Source: Patescibacteria group bacterium
Lineage (GTDB): Bacteria > Patescibacteriota > Patescibacteriia > JBHPGJ01
NCBI GenBank assembly: GCA_042570545.1
Contig: JBHPGJ010000006.1
Coordinates: 1,327 to 65,326, forward strand
Direction of reading: 5' to 3'
DNA length: 64,000 nt
Both the position numbers and the translations under genes were made by a program. Below the pieces are notes generated by a model. It did not search any database. It was not told the origin of the DNA and saw only the letters and a list, made by a program, of their open reading frames with translations. This document shows, piece by piece, positions 51,383 through 62,221 of this stretch (position 1 is its first letter; each line of letters starts with the position of its first letter).

Positions 51383-52357
51383 ATGATACAGCGCATCTTG
51401 TCAGGCATTCAGCCAACCAGCCAATTGCATATTGGTAATTATTTAGGCGCCTTAAAACAATGGATAGAACTGCAAAATCAGTATGAAAGTTATTTTTGCA
51501 TAGTTGATCTGCACGCTATCACTATTCCCTATGATCCTAAAAAGCTGCCACAGTATATCCTTGATACGGCTATGGATTATTTGGCCAGTGGTATTGATCC
51601 CAAAAAAAGTGTTATTTTCATCCAATCACACTTACCCGAGCATTCTGAATTAATGTGGTTGCTTAGTACCGTTACGCCAATTACGGAATTGCAGCGCATG
51701 ACCCAATTTAAGGAAAAATCGACCAAGCATCAAAAAAATATAAATACTGGCCTGCTGAATTATCCGGTTTTACAAGCGGCTGACATTCTCTTATACAAGC
51801 CAGTTGCTGTACCGGTAGGCGAAGATCAAGTCCAGCACGTTGAACTTACTCGAGCTATTGCCAGAAAATTCAACAATAAATTTGGCCAGGTTTTCACTGA
51901 ACCAAAAGCGAAGATTACTGCGGCCAAACGGATAATGTCTTTAACTGATCCAACCCGCAAAATGTCCAAAACTGACGGTAATCACACCTACATAGCTCTT
52001 AATGACAGTCCGGAAATAATAAAGAGTAAAATTAATAAGGCCGTAACGGCAACTTCTGGTGGTGGTAACAATCCTGGGGTCCAAAACTTACTACTCTTAG
52101 CCAAAGAATTTTCCGCCCCTCATACGGCTAATAAATTTGAAATTGAAGAAAAAGCCGGTACTATAAAATATTCTGAACTAAAAGAACAGCTGGCCAAAGA
52201 CATCGCCGACCATTTTACTAGTTTCCGTAAAAAACGGGCTGCTCTAGAAAAACAACCAGAAAAAGTTAAAAAAATCCTGACTGATGGTGCGGTCAAAGCC
52301 AAGAAAATAGCTGCCGCCACCCTAAAAGAAGTAAAAGAAAAAATGGGGCTGGTTTAG
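51383..52357 (+). CDS. trpS: tryptophan--tRNA ligase
   Basis: SGIQPT, HIGNY, VPVGEDQ, KMSKT. Confidence 0.97.
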   Translation: MIQRILSGIQPTSQLHIGNYLGALKQWIELQNQYESYFCIVDLHAITIPYDPKKLPQYILDTAMDYLASGIDPKKSVIFIQSHLPEHSELMWLLSTVTPITELQRMTQFKEKSTKHQKNINTGLLNYPVLQAADILLYKPVAVPVGEDQVQHVELTRAIARKFNNKFGQVFTEPKAKITAAKRIMSLTDPTRKMSKTDGNHTYIALNDSPEIIKSKINKAVTATSGGGNNPGVQNLLLLAKEFSAPHTANKFEIEEKAGTIKYSELKEQLAKDIADHFTSFRKKRAALEKQPEKVKKILTDGAVKAKKIAAATLKEVKEKMGLV

Positions 52358-52364
52358 CACCAAA

Positions 52365-52393
52365 TTGACAATTATGATATGACGCCATAATAT
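52365..52393 (+). promoter_or_regulatory. sigma70-type promoter
   Basis: TTGACA-17 nt-TAATAT. Confidence 0.6.
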
Positions 52394-52429
52394 TACGGCG
52401 TTGTTCTTGTCTCAACTCGGGAGTAGCCG

Positions 52430-52681
52430 ATGAAAAAACCGACTATATATGTAGTCTTTCGGAGCGATGAGCTAACAGTTGAACGGGCTTACCGGCTGTC
52501 AGAATCGACCCAACAAAAAGATACTTGTTTCGCCCAAATTGATGGCGGTATATTTGTGGTCAAGCTGGGCGGTTGGGACGATAAAATACCCTGTGCCGGA
52601 TTCTTTACCAGAATCGAGGCTGATACTTTCATCAGCCAGCAGGGTGGCGTTGCTGCCAAAGCCTACGCCAAAAAACATTGA
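52430..52681 (+). CDS. hypothetical protein (orphan)
   Basis: GGGAG SD, own promoter, hairpin at 52681-52712. Confidence 0.65.
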   Translation: MKKPTIYVVFRSDELTVERAYRLSESTQQKDTCFAQIDGGIFVVKLGGWDDKIPCAGFFTRIEADTFISQQGGVAAKAYAKKH

Positions 52682-52712
52682 AGTCTTTTTCGCCGCATCG
52701 AGGAAGACTTCT

Positions 52713-53504
52713 TTATTTATCGACGCTGGCTAGTTCTAGTCTTACTTTGCGGCCCAACAAATTCTCAGCGATATTTTGAAAATGAGGCGTAACATCAGAC
52801 ACAAAAAAATGTTGACCATTCTGCTGCCGGGCTTTATCGGCTTGTTCCGGATTGTTTTTTAGCCACCCCTTTATTTGTCCTACTGTTTCTGATGCTGGGT
52901 CAACTAAAGACACGGCGTAGCCAATTTTGCGTGCAATGGCATCGTGCAGTAGTGGATAGTGAGTACAGCCAAGGATCAGAGTATCAATATTCTTTTGTTT
53001 CAAAGGTAACAGATATCGCTTCAAAATCATCATTGACTCTGAGCGTTTAAGCCAATTCTCTTCTACCAGAGGAACCAGTAATGGCGCCGCCTGACTATAA
53101 ACCTCATGATCCTTATCCCGTTTTCTCAGTTCGTGTTTATAGATATGACTATTGATCGTGGCTCGAGTGCCAATGACGCCGATTTTTTTGTTTTGGGTCA
53201 GTCTTTCTGCCGCTAATACAGCCGGAGAGATGACTTCAAAAACCGGTACCTTGAGTTCCTTTTTAAGAAACTCGGCAGCCACTGCCGAGGCGGTGTTGCA
53301 AGCAATCACGATCATTGAAGCGCCTTGCCGCAACAGAAAATTAGCATCTTCCAGAGCATACTGTTTTATGGTTTTTTCGCTTTTGGTACCGTAGGGGGTA
53401 CGAGCAGTATCACCAAAATATATTACCGGGTAATCAGGTAGCTGCTGAAATATCTCTTTGACTACTGTTAAGCCGCCAATACCGGAATCAAATACGCCAA
53501 TCAT
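52713..53504 (-). CDS. murI: glutamate racemase
   Basis: IGVFDSGIGG, PYG, IACNTAS, LGCTHYP. Confidence 0.97.
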   Translation of the reverse strand: MIGVFDSGIGGLTVVKEIFQQLPDYPVIYFGDTARTPYGTKSEKTIKQYALEDANFLLRQGASMIVIACNTASAVAAEFLKKELKVPVFEVISPAVLAAERLTQNKKIGVIGTRATINSHIYKHELRKRDKDHEVYSQAAPLLVPLVEENWLKRSESMMILKRYLLPLKQKNIDTLILGCTHYPLLHDAIARKIGYAVSLVDPASETVGQIKGWLKNNPEQADKARQQNGQHFFVSDVTPHFQNIAENLLGRKVRLELASVDK

Positions 53505-53505
53505 A

Positions 53506-54933
53506 TTACGACAACGCCTCAGTATTAACGTTAATATCCGACGACCAGTCAATTTCATCAAACTTATGCAACAAATCATATAGAAATTTCTTCAACACAT
53601 CATATTGCTTCTGTTCTTTAGCCTCAAATTTGATTGTCAGATAGGGGCCATTTTGTGAGTAGCGGATCACCAGCATACTATCAGGCAATTCCAACCTGAC
53701 TCCATCACCAGCCCGACCATCATCGATCACTTCGGCCTCGGGAAAATCCCGTTCTAGTAGTGGACTAATTTTTTTCATCAAAGCTACCTTCTTATCATCT
53801 TGGCTAAATATTTTTATTTCTGGGCTGGAGATATATTTGGGTAAAGTATCTAATACTTCATCTAGAGTTTGTCCGTTCTCGGCTAGAAATTTCAGCAACC
53901 GTAAAGTTGAGTATAGACCATCGTCGTGATTATAGAAGTCGGCCGAAAAGAAAAAGTGGCCTGATAGCTCACCGATAAAAGCCGCTTTTACTTCCTGGTT
54001 CTTTTTCTTCAAGAAAGAGTGGCCGGTTTGCCACATAAATGGCTCACCGCCGTGCTTGATGATAGTTTCTGAGACCACTTTCGAACACAGGGTATTGAAC
54101 ATTATCTTCTGTCCTGGATGTTCTTTAAGTACATCCATGGCAAAAATAGCCACCAGAATATCATTCCAAATAATAGTGCCCTTGGCGTCAACAATACCAA
54201 TCCGATCACCGTCAGGATCATAAGTAAATCCGATATCGGCCTGGCTGTCTATTACTTCATCTCTTAACCTTTCCATTACGTCCCTTTCGGTGGGATCAGG
54301 AGTACCAAGGGGAAAACTGGGATCAATATTGGTATTTTTCTCCACTACTTCACAACCGGCTTGTCGTAAAAACTCCGGGGCAATTTCACCAGCGGTGGAA
54401 TTACTTGGATCAATCAACACTTTAAATTTTTTCTTTATAGGCAGACGCTTTAAAATATCATCAAAATATACCTGTCTAATGTCCTGCTTGGTTACCGGGC
54501 CTGGCTGTTCGCTTTTTTCATAATCCTCTGCCTGTACCATCCGAAGTAATTCCTGCATACCGTCAGTAACTAAAGTTTCCGATAAGCCGTTGGCAAATTT
54601 AAATCCATTATAGGGAGCTGGATTATGTGAGGCGGTAACCATCACGCCGCCTGGCCGTTTTAGATAATGCTGGGCCCAATAAAAAGTGCCGACCATATTC
54701 ATACCAATATCAACGACGTCAATGCCGGCCCAGCTTAGGCCTTTGATCAATGCTTCACTATAAGCCGGACTGGTAGCTCGGCAATCACGGCTGACAATTG
54801 CTTTGGCTATGTCGTGTCTTTTTAAATAAGTGCCAAACGCTTTGCCTAAATGTTCGGCCAGTTCCGGACTCAAATCTTCATCGACCAATCCTCTTAAATC
54901 GTAGCCACGAAATATTAAAGGATTTACTTTCAT
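53506..54933 (-). CDS. phosphomannomutase/phosphoglucomutase
   Basis: [26 protein letters not shown]. Confidence 0.93.
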   Translation of the reverse strand: MKVNPLIFRGYDLRGLVDEDLSPELAEHLGKAFGTYLKRHDIAKAIVSRDCRATSPAYSEALIKGLSWAGIDVVDIGMNMVGTFYWAQHYLKRPGGVMVTASHNPAPYNGFKFANGLSETLVTDGMQELLRMVQAEDYEKSEQPGPVTKQDIRQVYFDDILKRLPIKKKFKVLIDPSNSTAGEIAPEFLRQAGCEVVEKNTNIDPSFPLGTPDPTERDVMERLRDEVIDSQADIGFTYDPDGDRIGIVDAKGTIIWNDILVAIFAMDVLKEHPGQKIMFNTLCSKVVSETIIKHGGEPFMWQTGHSFLKKKNQEVKAAFIGELSGHFFFSADFYNHDDGLYSTLRLLKFLAENGQTLDEVLDTLPKYISSPEIKIFSQDDKKVALMKKISPLLERDFPEAEVIDDGRAGDGVRLELPDSMLVIRYSQNGPYLTIKFEAKEQKQYDVLKKFLYDLLHKFDEIDWSSDINVNTEALS

Positions 54934-55064
54934 ATATTAAATTTATTTTACTAGTTAAATATCTCTGGATTGCTATTACTACAGAAAATACCATTGATAG
55001 CAGCCCAAAGTCAATAAAACCAACTGGAAAAAACAATCCAATATGCTACAATAGCCCCACTATT

Positions 55065-56342
55065 ATGATGGAAAACTTATCCCAATATGACCCCGAATTA
55101 GCAGCTGTTATCAAAGGCGAGCTAGATCGGCAGAGAAATGGCCTGGAGATGATTGCCTCAGAAAATTTTGTCTCCTTGCCGGTATTAGAAGCAACCGGTA
55201 CAGTTTTGACTAACAAATACTCAGAGGGTTATCCTGGTCGCCGGTATTACGGTGGCAATGAATACATTGATCAATCAGAAAATTTGGCCATTGAACGGGC
55301 GCTTAAGATTTTTGGAGCTGAGCATGCAAATGTCCAGCCGCATTCGGGTTCAACTGCCAATATGGCCGCTTATTTAGCCGTATTAAATGCTGGTGATAAA
55401 ATTTTGGGAATGGATCTGGCGGCGGGTGGGCACCTCACTCATGGTTCTAAGGTTAGTTTTTCCGGCCAGCTATATCAGGCCGTATCATATGGGGTGAACA
55501 AGAAATCTCACTTAATTGATATCGATGAAGTACAAGCAGTGGCCAAAAAACACCAGCCCAAGTTAATTATTGCCGGCGCTTCGGCCTATCCCCGCTTTAT
55601 CAATTGGGAAGAATTTCTAAAGGTGGCTGAGGAGGTAGGCGCTTATTTATTAGTTGATATGGCTCATGTGGCCGGATTAATAGCTGCTAAGCTTCATCCT
55701 GATCCAGTGCCCTTTGCTGATATTATAACCACCACTACCCATAAAACACTTCGCGGACCAAGAGGGGCTATGATCTTGTGCAAAAAAAATGATCGACTTG
55801 ATACTCAGGGGAAAAAGAATTTAGCTCAGAAGATCGATTCAGCCGTCATGCCAGGTGCGCAAGGCGGGCCCCTAGATCACGTCATTGCCGCTAAGGCAGT
55901 GGCTTTCAAAGAAGCTTTAGAGCCGTCATTTGTTGAGTACCAAAAGCAAGTGATCATCAATGCTAAAACTTTAGAAATTGAATTTAATAAAGAAGGCCTT
56001 ACTATGGTCAGTGGCGGTACTGATAATCATTTGTTGCTTCTCGATCTAAGTAATTTAAATATTACCGGCAAAACTGCCGAGACCGTATTAGATGGTGTCG
56101 GTATTTTCACCAATAAGAACGGCGTGCCTTTTGACCCGCGTAAACCGTTTGACCCGTCAGGCCTACGCTTAGGTACCCCAGCCTTGACCACTCGTGGTCT
56201 GGTTGAAAAAGATATGGAATTAGTCGGACAGTTAATTGTCAAGGTACTGAAAAATCCCGAAGATCAAAATGTACTAACCGAGGTCAAGTCACAAGTAGCT
56301 GATCTGGTCAAAAAGTTTCCTCTCTACTCGGAGCTTACATAA
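55065..56342 (+). CDS. glyA: serine hydroxymethyltransferase
   Basis: [34 protein letters not shown]. Confidence 0.98.
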   Translation: MMENLSQYDPELAAVIKGELDRQRNGLEMIASENFVSLPVLEATGTVLTNKYSEGYPGRRYYGGNEYIDQSENLAIERALKIFGAEHANVQPHSGSTANMAAYLAVLNAGDKILGMDLAAGGHLTHGSKVSFSGQLYQAVSYGVNKKSHLIDIDEVQAVAKKHQPKLIIAGASAYPRFINWEEFLKVAEEVGAYLLVDMAHVAGLIAAKLHPDPVPFADIITTTTHKTLRGPRGAMILCKKNDRLDTQGKKNLAQKIDSAVMPGAQGGPLDHVIAAKAVAFKEALEPSFVEYQKQVIINAKTLEIEFNKEGLTMVSGGTDNHLLLLDLSNLNITGKTAETVLDGVGIFTNKNGVPFDPRKPFDPSGLRLGTPALTTRGLVEKDMELVGQLIVKVLKNPEDQNVLTEVKSQVADLVKKFPLYSELT

Positions 56343-56343
56343 T

Positions 56344-57156
56344 ATGGCAAAAATCATTGATGGTAAAAAATTAGCCGATGCTAAATTGGCTGAGTTGAAA
56401 AACAAAATTAAGCGATCGGATAAAACTCCTGGCCTGGCTATTGTAATTGTCGGTGATGATCCGTCATCTAAACTATACGTGTCGCTGAAAAAAAAAGCAG
56501 CCAAAGAGGTTGGGATTTATTTTAAGTTACATACTTTTCCAAGTAACACTACTAGCGATAAAATAATTAGTACAATAAAAGAGCTTAATCATGACAAGAC
56601 AATTCACGGGATAGTCGTCCAGCTACCTCTACCAGCTGGTCAAGATACCAATGCTATCATCGCCAGCTTGGATCCGGCTAAGGATGTAGATGGTTTTCAG
56701 CCTGACAATATTAATAAATATCTGGCTGGCCGGGTAAATAAGATGCCTCTGCTGATCAGTGTTATCGACCAGTTAATCGATTCTACCGAACAACCACTCA
56801 AGAATAAAAGAGTGGCCCTGGCTACTAAAATAGGCGTATTCTCCAGGGCTTTAATGCATTATTTCTCTTCTCAGGGTGCTCTAGTAGAAATTACCCCGCC
56901 TGATAATCCGGTCATCGGCCAGTCTGATTTTGTGATTTCGGCGCTGGGTCTGCCGCAAATTATCACCGCTAACCACATTAAAAGAGGGGCGGTAGTTATC
57001 GATGTCGGTATTACGAAGATCGGTCGTAAAACACTCGGTGACGTTGATCAAAAATCAGTCGCTCCAATTGCCGGTTACCTTACTCCGGTCCCTGGTGGCG
57101 TCGGACCAATGACGGTAGCCATGCTGTTGGAAAGAACTTACAATAGTAGTAAATAA
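56344..57156 (+). CDS. folD: methylenetetrahydrofolate dehydrogenase/cyclohydrolase
   Basis: HGIVVQLPLP, KDVDG, IDVG, TPVPGGVGPMT. Confidence 0.92.
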   Translation: MAKIIDGKKLADAKLAELKNKIKRSDKTPGLAIVIVGDDPSSKLYVSLKKKAAKEVGIYFKLHTFPSNTTSDKIISTIKELNHDKTIHGIVVQLPLPAGQDTNAIIASLDPAKDVDGFQPDNINKYLAGRVNKMPLLISVIDQLIDSTEQPLKNKRVALATKIGVFSRALMHYFSSQGALVEITPPDNPVIGQSDFVISALGLPQIITANHIKRGAVVIDVGITKIGRKTLGDVDQKSVAPIAGYLTPVPGGVGPMTVAMLLERTYNSSK

Positions 57157-57157
57157 T

Positions 57158-57694
57158 ATGACAGCAACCAAAGATCCGTTAGAGTTTTACAAGCATTGTC
57201 CCAGATGTGGTGGTGAGTTAACGGTAAAGCCCCATCATGAGGAAAAAGCTAAACTAATATGTCAAAAATGCGGATTTGTATTTCACCAACATCCAACCGC
57301 TGCGGTATTTGCATTAATTACAAACAACCAGGATGAACTACTACTGGTTAAACGACGTTTCCCGCCCCATAAAAACAGTTGGGATGTTCCTGGTGGTTTT
57401 ATTGAAATTGGCGAGGAAGCCGAGAAAGCGGTGATTAGAGAAATCAAGGAAGAAATTAATGTGGTCTTTCGACCAGCTAAAATATTAGGCACCTATCATG
57501 ATTGGTATGAGCATAAAGGTTTGTATTATTCTGTCATCAATATTGGTTTTGTCGGCGATATCAGTGGCCTGCCCAATGCTGGTTCCGACGCTTCAGCTGT
57601 TGACTGGCATTCATTATCAAAATTGCCACTAGAGATTTATTTCAATTATATTACACGATCAATTAATGATCTTATAAAATCAAAAGATACCTAA
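57158..57694 (+). CDS. Nudix hydrolase with N-terminal zinc ribbon
   Basis: CPRCG, CQKCG, GGFIEIGE...REIKEE. Confidence 0.9.
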   Translation: MTATKDPLEFYKHCPRCGGELTVKPHHEEKAKLICQKCGFVFHQHPTAAVFALITNNQDELLLVKRRFPPHKNSWDVPGGFIEIGEEAEKAVIREIKEEINVVFRPAKILGTYHDWYEHKGLYYSVINIGFVGDISGLPNAGSDASAVDWHSLSKLPLEIYFNYITRSINDLIKSKDT

Positions 57695-57713
57695 ATGGGA
57701 TACCATCATATCA

Positions 57714-58253
57714 ATGATTAAAATGAAAACTAAATACAACTATTGTCCCATTTGTGGTCACAAACTGGTCTGGCAGCATGAATCTAAACACCACCTAAAA
57801 GAACCTAAAAGACAGCTATGTACTAACTGCCAGTTCGTACTTTATGAAAGCACGGCCTCAACCGTAAGTGCCCTTATACTTAACAATAAAAAAGAAGTTT
57901 TGCTGGCTAAGCGCAATGGCCCGCCCAATCCCGGCTATTGGGATGCTATTGGCGGTTTTCTTGAAGGTGGCGAGCATCCAATTACCGGTCTGAAGAGAGA
58001 AATCAAAGAAGAAATAAACGTCACCCTTAAAGATATTAAGTATTTTAATATCTATATGGATACTTATTATCATCGCCAGCTTACCTCGTATACGATGAAC
58101 ATTTATTTCACCGCTACTATTGCCAGTGGTTCACCAAAAGCATCAAGTGACGTGGCCGGAGTAAAATGGCACTCCTTAAAAAAACTACCAGCCAAGATTG
58201 CTTTTCCCAATGTCAGTAAAGCCTTAAAAGACTTAGTGAAAAAAATTAAATAA
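57714..58253 (+). CDS. Nudix hydrolase with N-terminal zinc ribbon (tandem paralog)
   Basis: CPICG, CTNC, GGFLEGGE...REIKEE. Confidence 0.9.
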   Translation: MIKMKTKYNYCPICGHKLVWQHESKHHLKEPKRQLCTNCQFVLYESTASTVSALILNNKKEVLLAKRNGPPNPGYWDAIGGFLEGGEHPITGLKREIKEEINVTLKDIKYFNIYMDTYYHRQLTSYTMNIYFTATIASGSPKASSDVAGVKWHSLKKLPAKIAFPNVSKALKDLVKKIK

Positions 58254-59332
58254 TGTCTTTCTCAATCGGCATTGTCGGCCTGCCTAATGTCGGCAAATCA
58301 ACTCTCTTCCAAGCCCTGACCAAGAAACAGGTGGATGTTTCTAATTATCCCTTTGCTACCATTGATCCCAACGTCGGGGTGGTGGCAGTGCCTGACCAGA
58401 GATTAGATAAAATTGCCCAGATAACCAATTCAGCCAAAGCCATGCCAACCACAATAGAATTCCTTGATATTGCTGGTTTAGTAAAAGGCGCTCACAAGGG
58501 CGAAGGCTTGGGCAATCAATTCTTGTCACATATTCGGGAAGTCAAAGCTATTGCTCATGTTATTAGAACGTTTAGCGATCCTGATGTGGTTCATGTGGCC
58601 GGGCAAAGTGAGCCACAAAACGATATAGATACTATAAACATTGAACTGCTTATGGCTGACCTTAAAACGGTACAAAATAAATTGGCTGAAGTAGTGCCTA
58701 AAGCTAATAGTGGCGAAAAAGAAATGCAGGCTTTGTTGCCGGTGTTGGAGAAGGTCGAAGCAGGTTTTAATCAGGGCCAGTTAACTCGTCAGCTGGGTTT
58801 ATCCGATGATGAATTATTGCAAATCAATGATTTAAATTTACTAACCTTAAAGCCAACTATTTACGTGCTCAACGTGGGCGAAGAATACTTCAAAGATCTA
58901 TCTAAAGCGTCAGTACCCGACAGCATCGCTGGCCAGCCGACGGTGCCCATTTCCGCTAAAATTGAAGCTGAGTTGTCTGAGCTGGATGAAGCCGATGCTC
59001 AAGAATATTTAAAAGATCTCCACTTGGAAAAAACCGGCCTAGAAAGACTGATAACTACCAGCTACCAAGCGCTTGATTTAATTACCTTTTTCTCCGCCAA
59101 TCCTAAAGAAGCTCACGCCTGGACAGTAAAACGAGATACTCTTATACCTGAAGCGGCCGGAGTCATACACACCGATTTTCAGACGGGCTTCATCCGAGCC
59201 GATGTAATTAATTGGCAGCAGCTGATATCTGCCGGCTCCGAACAGGCAGCTAAAGAAAAAGGCTTAATCGCAACTGAGGGTAAAGATTATGTCGTTCAAG
59301 ATGGTGATGTAATCTTTATACACGCCAATTAA
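58253..59332 (+). CDS. ychF: redox-regulated ATPase YchF
   Basis: GIVGLPNVGKST, NYPFATIDPN, DIAGLVKGA, EGKDYVVQDGD. Confidence 0.97.
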   Translation: MSFSIGIVGLPNVGKSTLFQALTKKQVDVSNYPFATIDPNVGVVAVPDQRLDKIAQITNSAKAMPTTIEFLDIAGLVKGAHKGEGLGNQFLSHIREVKAIAHVIRTFSDPDVVHVAGQSEPQNDIDTINIELLMADLKTVQNKLAEVVPKANSGEKEMQALLPVLEKVEAGFNQGQLTRQLGLSDDELLQINDLNLLTLKPTIYVLNVGEEYFKDLSKASVPDSIAGQPTVPISAKIEAELSELDEADAQEYLKDLHLEKTGLERLITTSYQALDLITFFSANPKEAHAWTVKRDTLIPEAAGVIHTDFQTGFIRADVINWQQLISAGSEQAAKEKGLIATEGKDYVVQDGDVIFIHAN

Positions 59333-59336
59333 TAAA

Positions 59337-59740
59337 TTGACTATCGGTAAAATATAAGATAAACTGTCAGTGGTTTCTTCAAAATCGCCTGAAAATTGTG
59401 GAGGGTGGTCGTTTAGCATGACATCAATTTCTAATCGATGGTCTCAGTGAAAGGAGAGTATATGAAAGCGCCTCCGCTGCGTCGAGCGGGAAATTGGTTT
59501 TTCTTTACCCTTTTCCTTCCCCGCAGATACTACCACACGCGGTATTGAAAGGAGGTGATCATGTCTATGCAGGGCTAATCACCCTGCCTCATGGGAATAA
59601 AATCCCAAGCCCATGAGCATCGAAAGGAGTGATGCGTTAAACAAAAACAAAGTATTCCCGAGCCTGAAACTGGTCCGGGAGGAGCGTTTACTGGTTTTGA
59701 AGGCTGAGGCCTGCCTCGTGGGGGCCTCTTTTATTTTTAT
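59337..59740 (+). ncRNA. candidate structured RNA with multiple SD motifs and mini-ORFs
   Basis: TTGACT-17 nt-TAAACT promoter, repeated GAAAGGAG, hairpins, terminator gaggcc/ggcctc plus T run. Confidence 0.5.
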
Positions 59741-60937
59741 CTATTTATTAATAAGTATAACGATCTCGCGCCCAACCTGCTGCTGCGGACGGTTATAGAC
59801 TACTGAGTCGCCGTCGTGGTTTAGAAACTCAGCCCAATCAGCCGGAATGATAGGAACGGTCTTAAGTCCGGTTTTGTCATAGAGCTGATCAAGCTTAAGC
59901 TGCTGCCAAATATTATTGAGTTTAATAACCGGCAAGGCTAGTACCATCCGTCCATTGGGACTTAGTAAGCCTTTTAACTTGGGCATGATACGTTCATAAA
60001 ATCCCTCTAGTTCAGATATTATCTCTTTTCTCCTGGCGGTGGTCACTCGCGGTGATAAGGGTGGGCCCAAGTAACCTTCAGTCACTATTCGGTCGAAGGT
60101 ACGATTTAATAACCGACGGCTCAGTTTCATTACATCAGATTGTATTATCTTGGGTTGGGCTGCTTGTGGTCTGATTTCACGGCGGAACCATTCCAGATTC
60201 TTCTGGGCTTTAGCTACCGCTATTTCGTCCATATCAGCGCCCACAACTTCGGCCACGCCAATATCCAAAGCTTCCTGCAGAACAGTGCCGACACCGCAAA
60301 AAGGATCCACTAAGGAATCATTACCCCTGACTTCCGCCAGGTGAATCATTATACGAGCTAGTTTCGGCGGCAGCATACCTGACTTTACTTGTGTTTGCGG
60401 ACGTCCATAATCCTTTTTATTATAAAATTCAAAATCTTGGACTGCCTTTGTCTGCCCCACATAGACCAGGTCACCATCACTAAAAAGACATAATTCCAAA
60501 CCATCGGATATTAATTTGTTCTTAGTCACCACCACCGATGACAACTGTTTTTCTCGACTAGTTACTAGACGACTATTAATGCCTTCACTTTTAAATATTT
60601 TTTTAATATCCAGTCCTTGCCTTTTAGTATCACCTAAAATGCCATCAGTATAGTCGCTCAGGCCAAATAAAAATTTACCTGATTTTTTAACCATTCTTGA
60701 CCAGGGCCAGCTTTTAAGCCAATCAGTAAAATCTTTTTTATCAATTACCGCAATAATATTACCCGCCTTTACTATACCGGCAAGTTGTTGGACGAGCTTT
60801 TCTATCTCCAAAGATCCTCCAGATAACAAGGCAGCCGATCTGGTTTTGGTCCATTGGCCATAGCGTACAACCCTGACCAGCTCACCAACCGACAAAGTGG
60901 GTAGACGGCCAAAAATGAAAAAATAATTAGGCTTCAT
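59741..60937 (-). CDS. Trm11-like SAM-dependent RNA methyltransferase
   Basis: MLPPKLARIMI, DPFCGVGT, TEGYLGP. Confidence 0.75.
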   Translation of the reverse strand: MKPNYFFIFGRLPTLSVGELVRVVRYGQWTKTRSAALLSGGSLEIEKLVQQLAGIVKAGNIIAVIDKKDFTDWLKSWPWSRMVKKSGKFLFGLSDYTDGILGDTKRQGLDIKKIFKSEGINSRLVTSREKQLSSVVVTKNKLISDGLELCLFSDGDLVYVGQTKAVQDFEFYNKKDYGRPQTQVKSGMLPPKLARIMIHLAEVRGNDSLVDPFCGVGTVLQEALDIGVAEVVGADMDEIAVAKAQKNLEWFRREIRPQAAQPKIIQSDVMKLSRRLLNRTFDRIVTEGYLGPPLSPRVTTARRKEIISELEGFYERIMPKLKGLLSPNGRMVLALPVIKLNNIWQQLKLDQLYDKTGLKTVPIIPADWAEFLNHDGDSVVYNRPQQQVGREIVILINK

Positions 60938-61082
60938 ATATGACTAAGTATAGCCAAAATCTGCCCGTTCGGCGAATCAAGCAACTACCCTTGACGAATA
61001 AAAGACACATGGTACAATTGGGGACGACTTAATTTGGGGCTGTCCCCAATTATTTTTTCTCACCAAACAATCAATACCATTA

Positions 61083-61562
61083 ATGAATCAATACGAACTA
61101 CTTTACCTCATCGACGTCCCTCCCTCGGACAATGAGTTAGAAACTATATCGGGACGTATAAAAAATTTAATAAACGAAGTTAAGGGCAATATTGTTCATG
61201 AAGGAAGCCTGGGACGCAAGAAGCTGGGTTATCCCGTCAATAAACTGCAGCAGGGTGTATACAATGTGGTTGAATTTGATTTGCCCACCGGTGGTTTAAC
61301 TAAACTTGGGCAAGTTCTTAAGCTCGACAATGACATCATCCGTTACCAAATAATAAAAATCAGACCACGGACCGAAGCTGATCGGCAACCAGCCAAGTTT
61401 GAGACGGAAGAGGAACAAACACCTAAACCAGTTAAAAAAGAATTGCCAGTCAAGTCGCCGCCAGCCGCCAAAGAAAAACCAGTAGTTGAGGAGCCAATGA
61501 TTAGCAAGGAAGAGCTTGATAAAAAATTAGACGAAATTTTAGAAGACGATATCATTAAGTAA
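61083..61562 (+). CDS. rpsF: 30S ribosomal protein S6 with long C-terminal tail
   Basis: YEL, GRKKLGYPV, IIRY; rpsF-ssb-rpsR synteny. Confidence 0.93.
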   Translation: MNQYELLYLIDVPPSDNELETISGRIKNLINEVKGNIVHEGSLGRKKLGYPVNKLQQGVYNVVEFDLPTGGLTKLGQVLKLDNDIIRYQIIKIRPRTEADRQPAKFETEEEQTPKPVKKELPVKSPPAAKEKPVVEEPMISKEELDKKLDEILEDDIIK

Positions 61563-61568
61563 AATATT

Positions 61569-61988
61569 ATGGATTTAAACAAAGCCATGGTTATTGGCAA
61601 CCTAACACGCGATCCCGAGAGCCGGAGTACGCCTAATGGACAAAATGTCTGCAATTTTAGTATCGCCACCAATCGTATTTGGAAAGATCAAAAAACTAAT
61701 GAACGTAAGCAATCTGTCGAGTATCATAATATCGTTGCCTGGGGCAAGCTAGCCGACACTTGTTCCCAATATTTAAAAAAGGGCAAGAAAGCCTACATTG
61801 AGGGCCGTCTGCAAACCCGCACCTGGGAAGACCAAGCCGGCAACAAACGTAATCGCACAGAGATAGTGGCGATGAATTTAATATTACTTGACCGAGCTGG
61901 TGCTCCTACTGAATCAGCTGACAGCCCTGAGCCGCAAACCCCAGCCAATGATTCCGAAGAAATTAACGTGGAAGATATACCCTTTTAA
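61569..61988 (+). CDS. ssb: single-stranded DNA-binding protein
   Basis: LNKAMVIGNLTRDPE, EGRLQTRTW, DIPF. Confidence 0.98.
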   Translation: MDLNKAMVIGNLTRDPESRSTPNGQNVCNFSIATNRIWKDQKTNERKQSVEYHNIVAWGKLADTCSQYLKKGKKAYIEGRLQTRTWEDQAGNKRNRTEIVAMNLILLDRAGAPTESADSPEPQTPANDSEEINVEDIPF

Positions 61989-61991
61989 ATT

Positions 61992-62210
61992 ATGAACAGT
62001 CCCAAAGTCAAAGTCTGCTACTTTTGTACTAATAATATATCGAGGGAGCTTGATTATAAGGATTCGCGTTTACTTACTCGGTTTTTATCGTCTTATTCCA
62101 AAATCCTGCCGCGGCGTAGAACGGGCACGTGTCTAAAACACCAACGCAAATTGGCTGAAGCCATAAAACGAGCCCGCTATATGGCCCTGATACCTTACAC
62201 TAACCGCTAA
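61992..62210 (+). CDS. rpsR: 30S ribosomal protein S18
   Basis: [29 protein letters not shown]. Confidence 0.97.
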   Translation: MNSPKVKVCYFCTNNISRELDYKDSRLLTRFLSSYSKILPRRRTGTCLKHQRKLAEAIKRARYMALIPYTNR

Positions 62211-62221
62211 CATCCCAAAAT

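Noticed and set aside
54798-55064. Long N-terminal extension of GlyA (likewise UvrC 45434 and MurI 53579)
   Set aside because: ORF-caller artefacts; family homology and -10 boxes support downstream starts.
59613-59798. 61-aa ORF
   Set aside because: No SD before its ATG; it runs through the terminator into the convergent gene.
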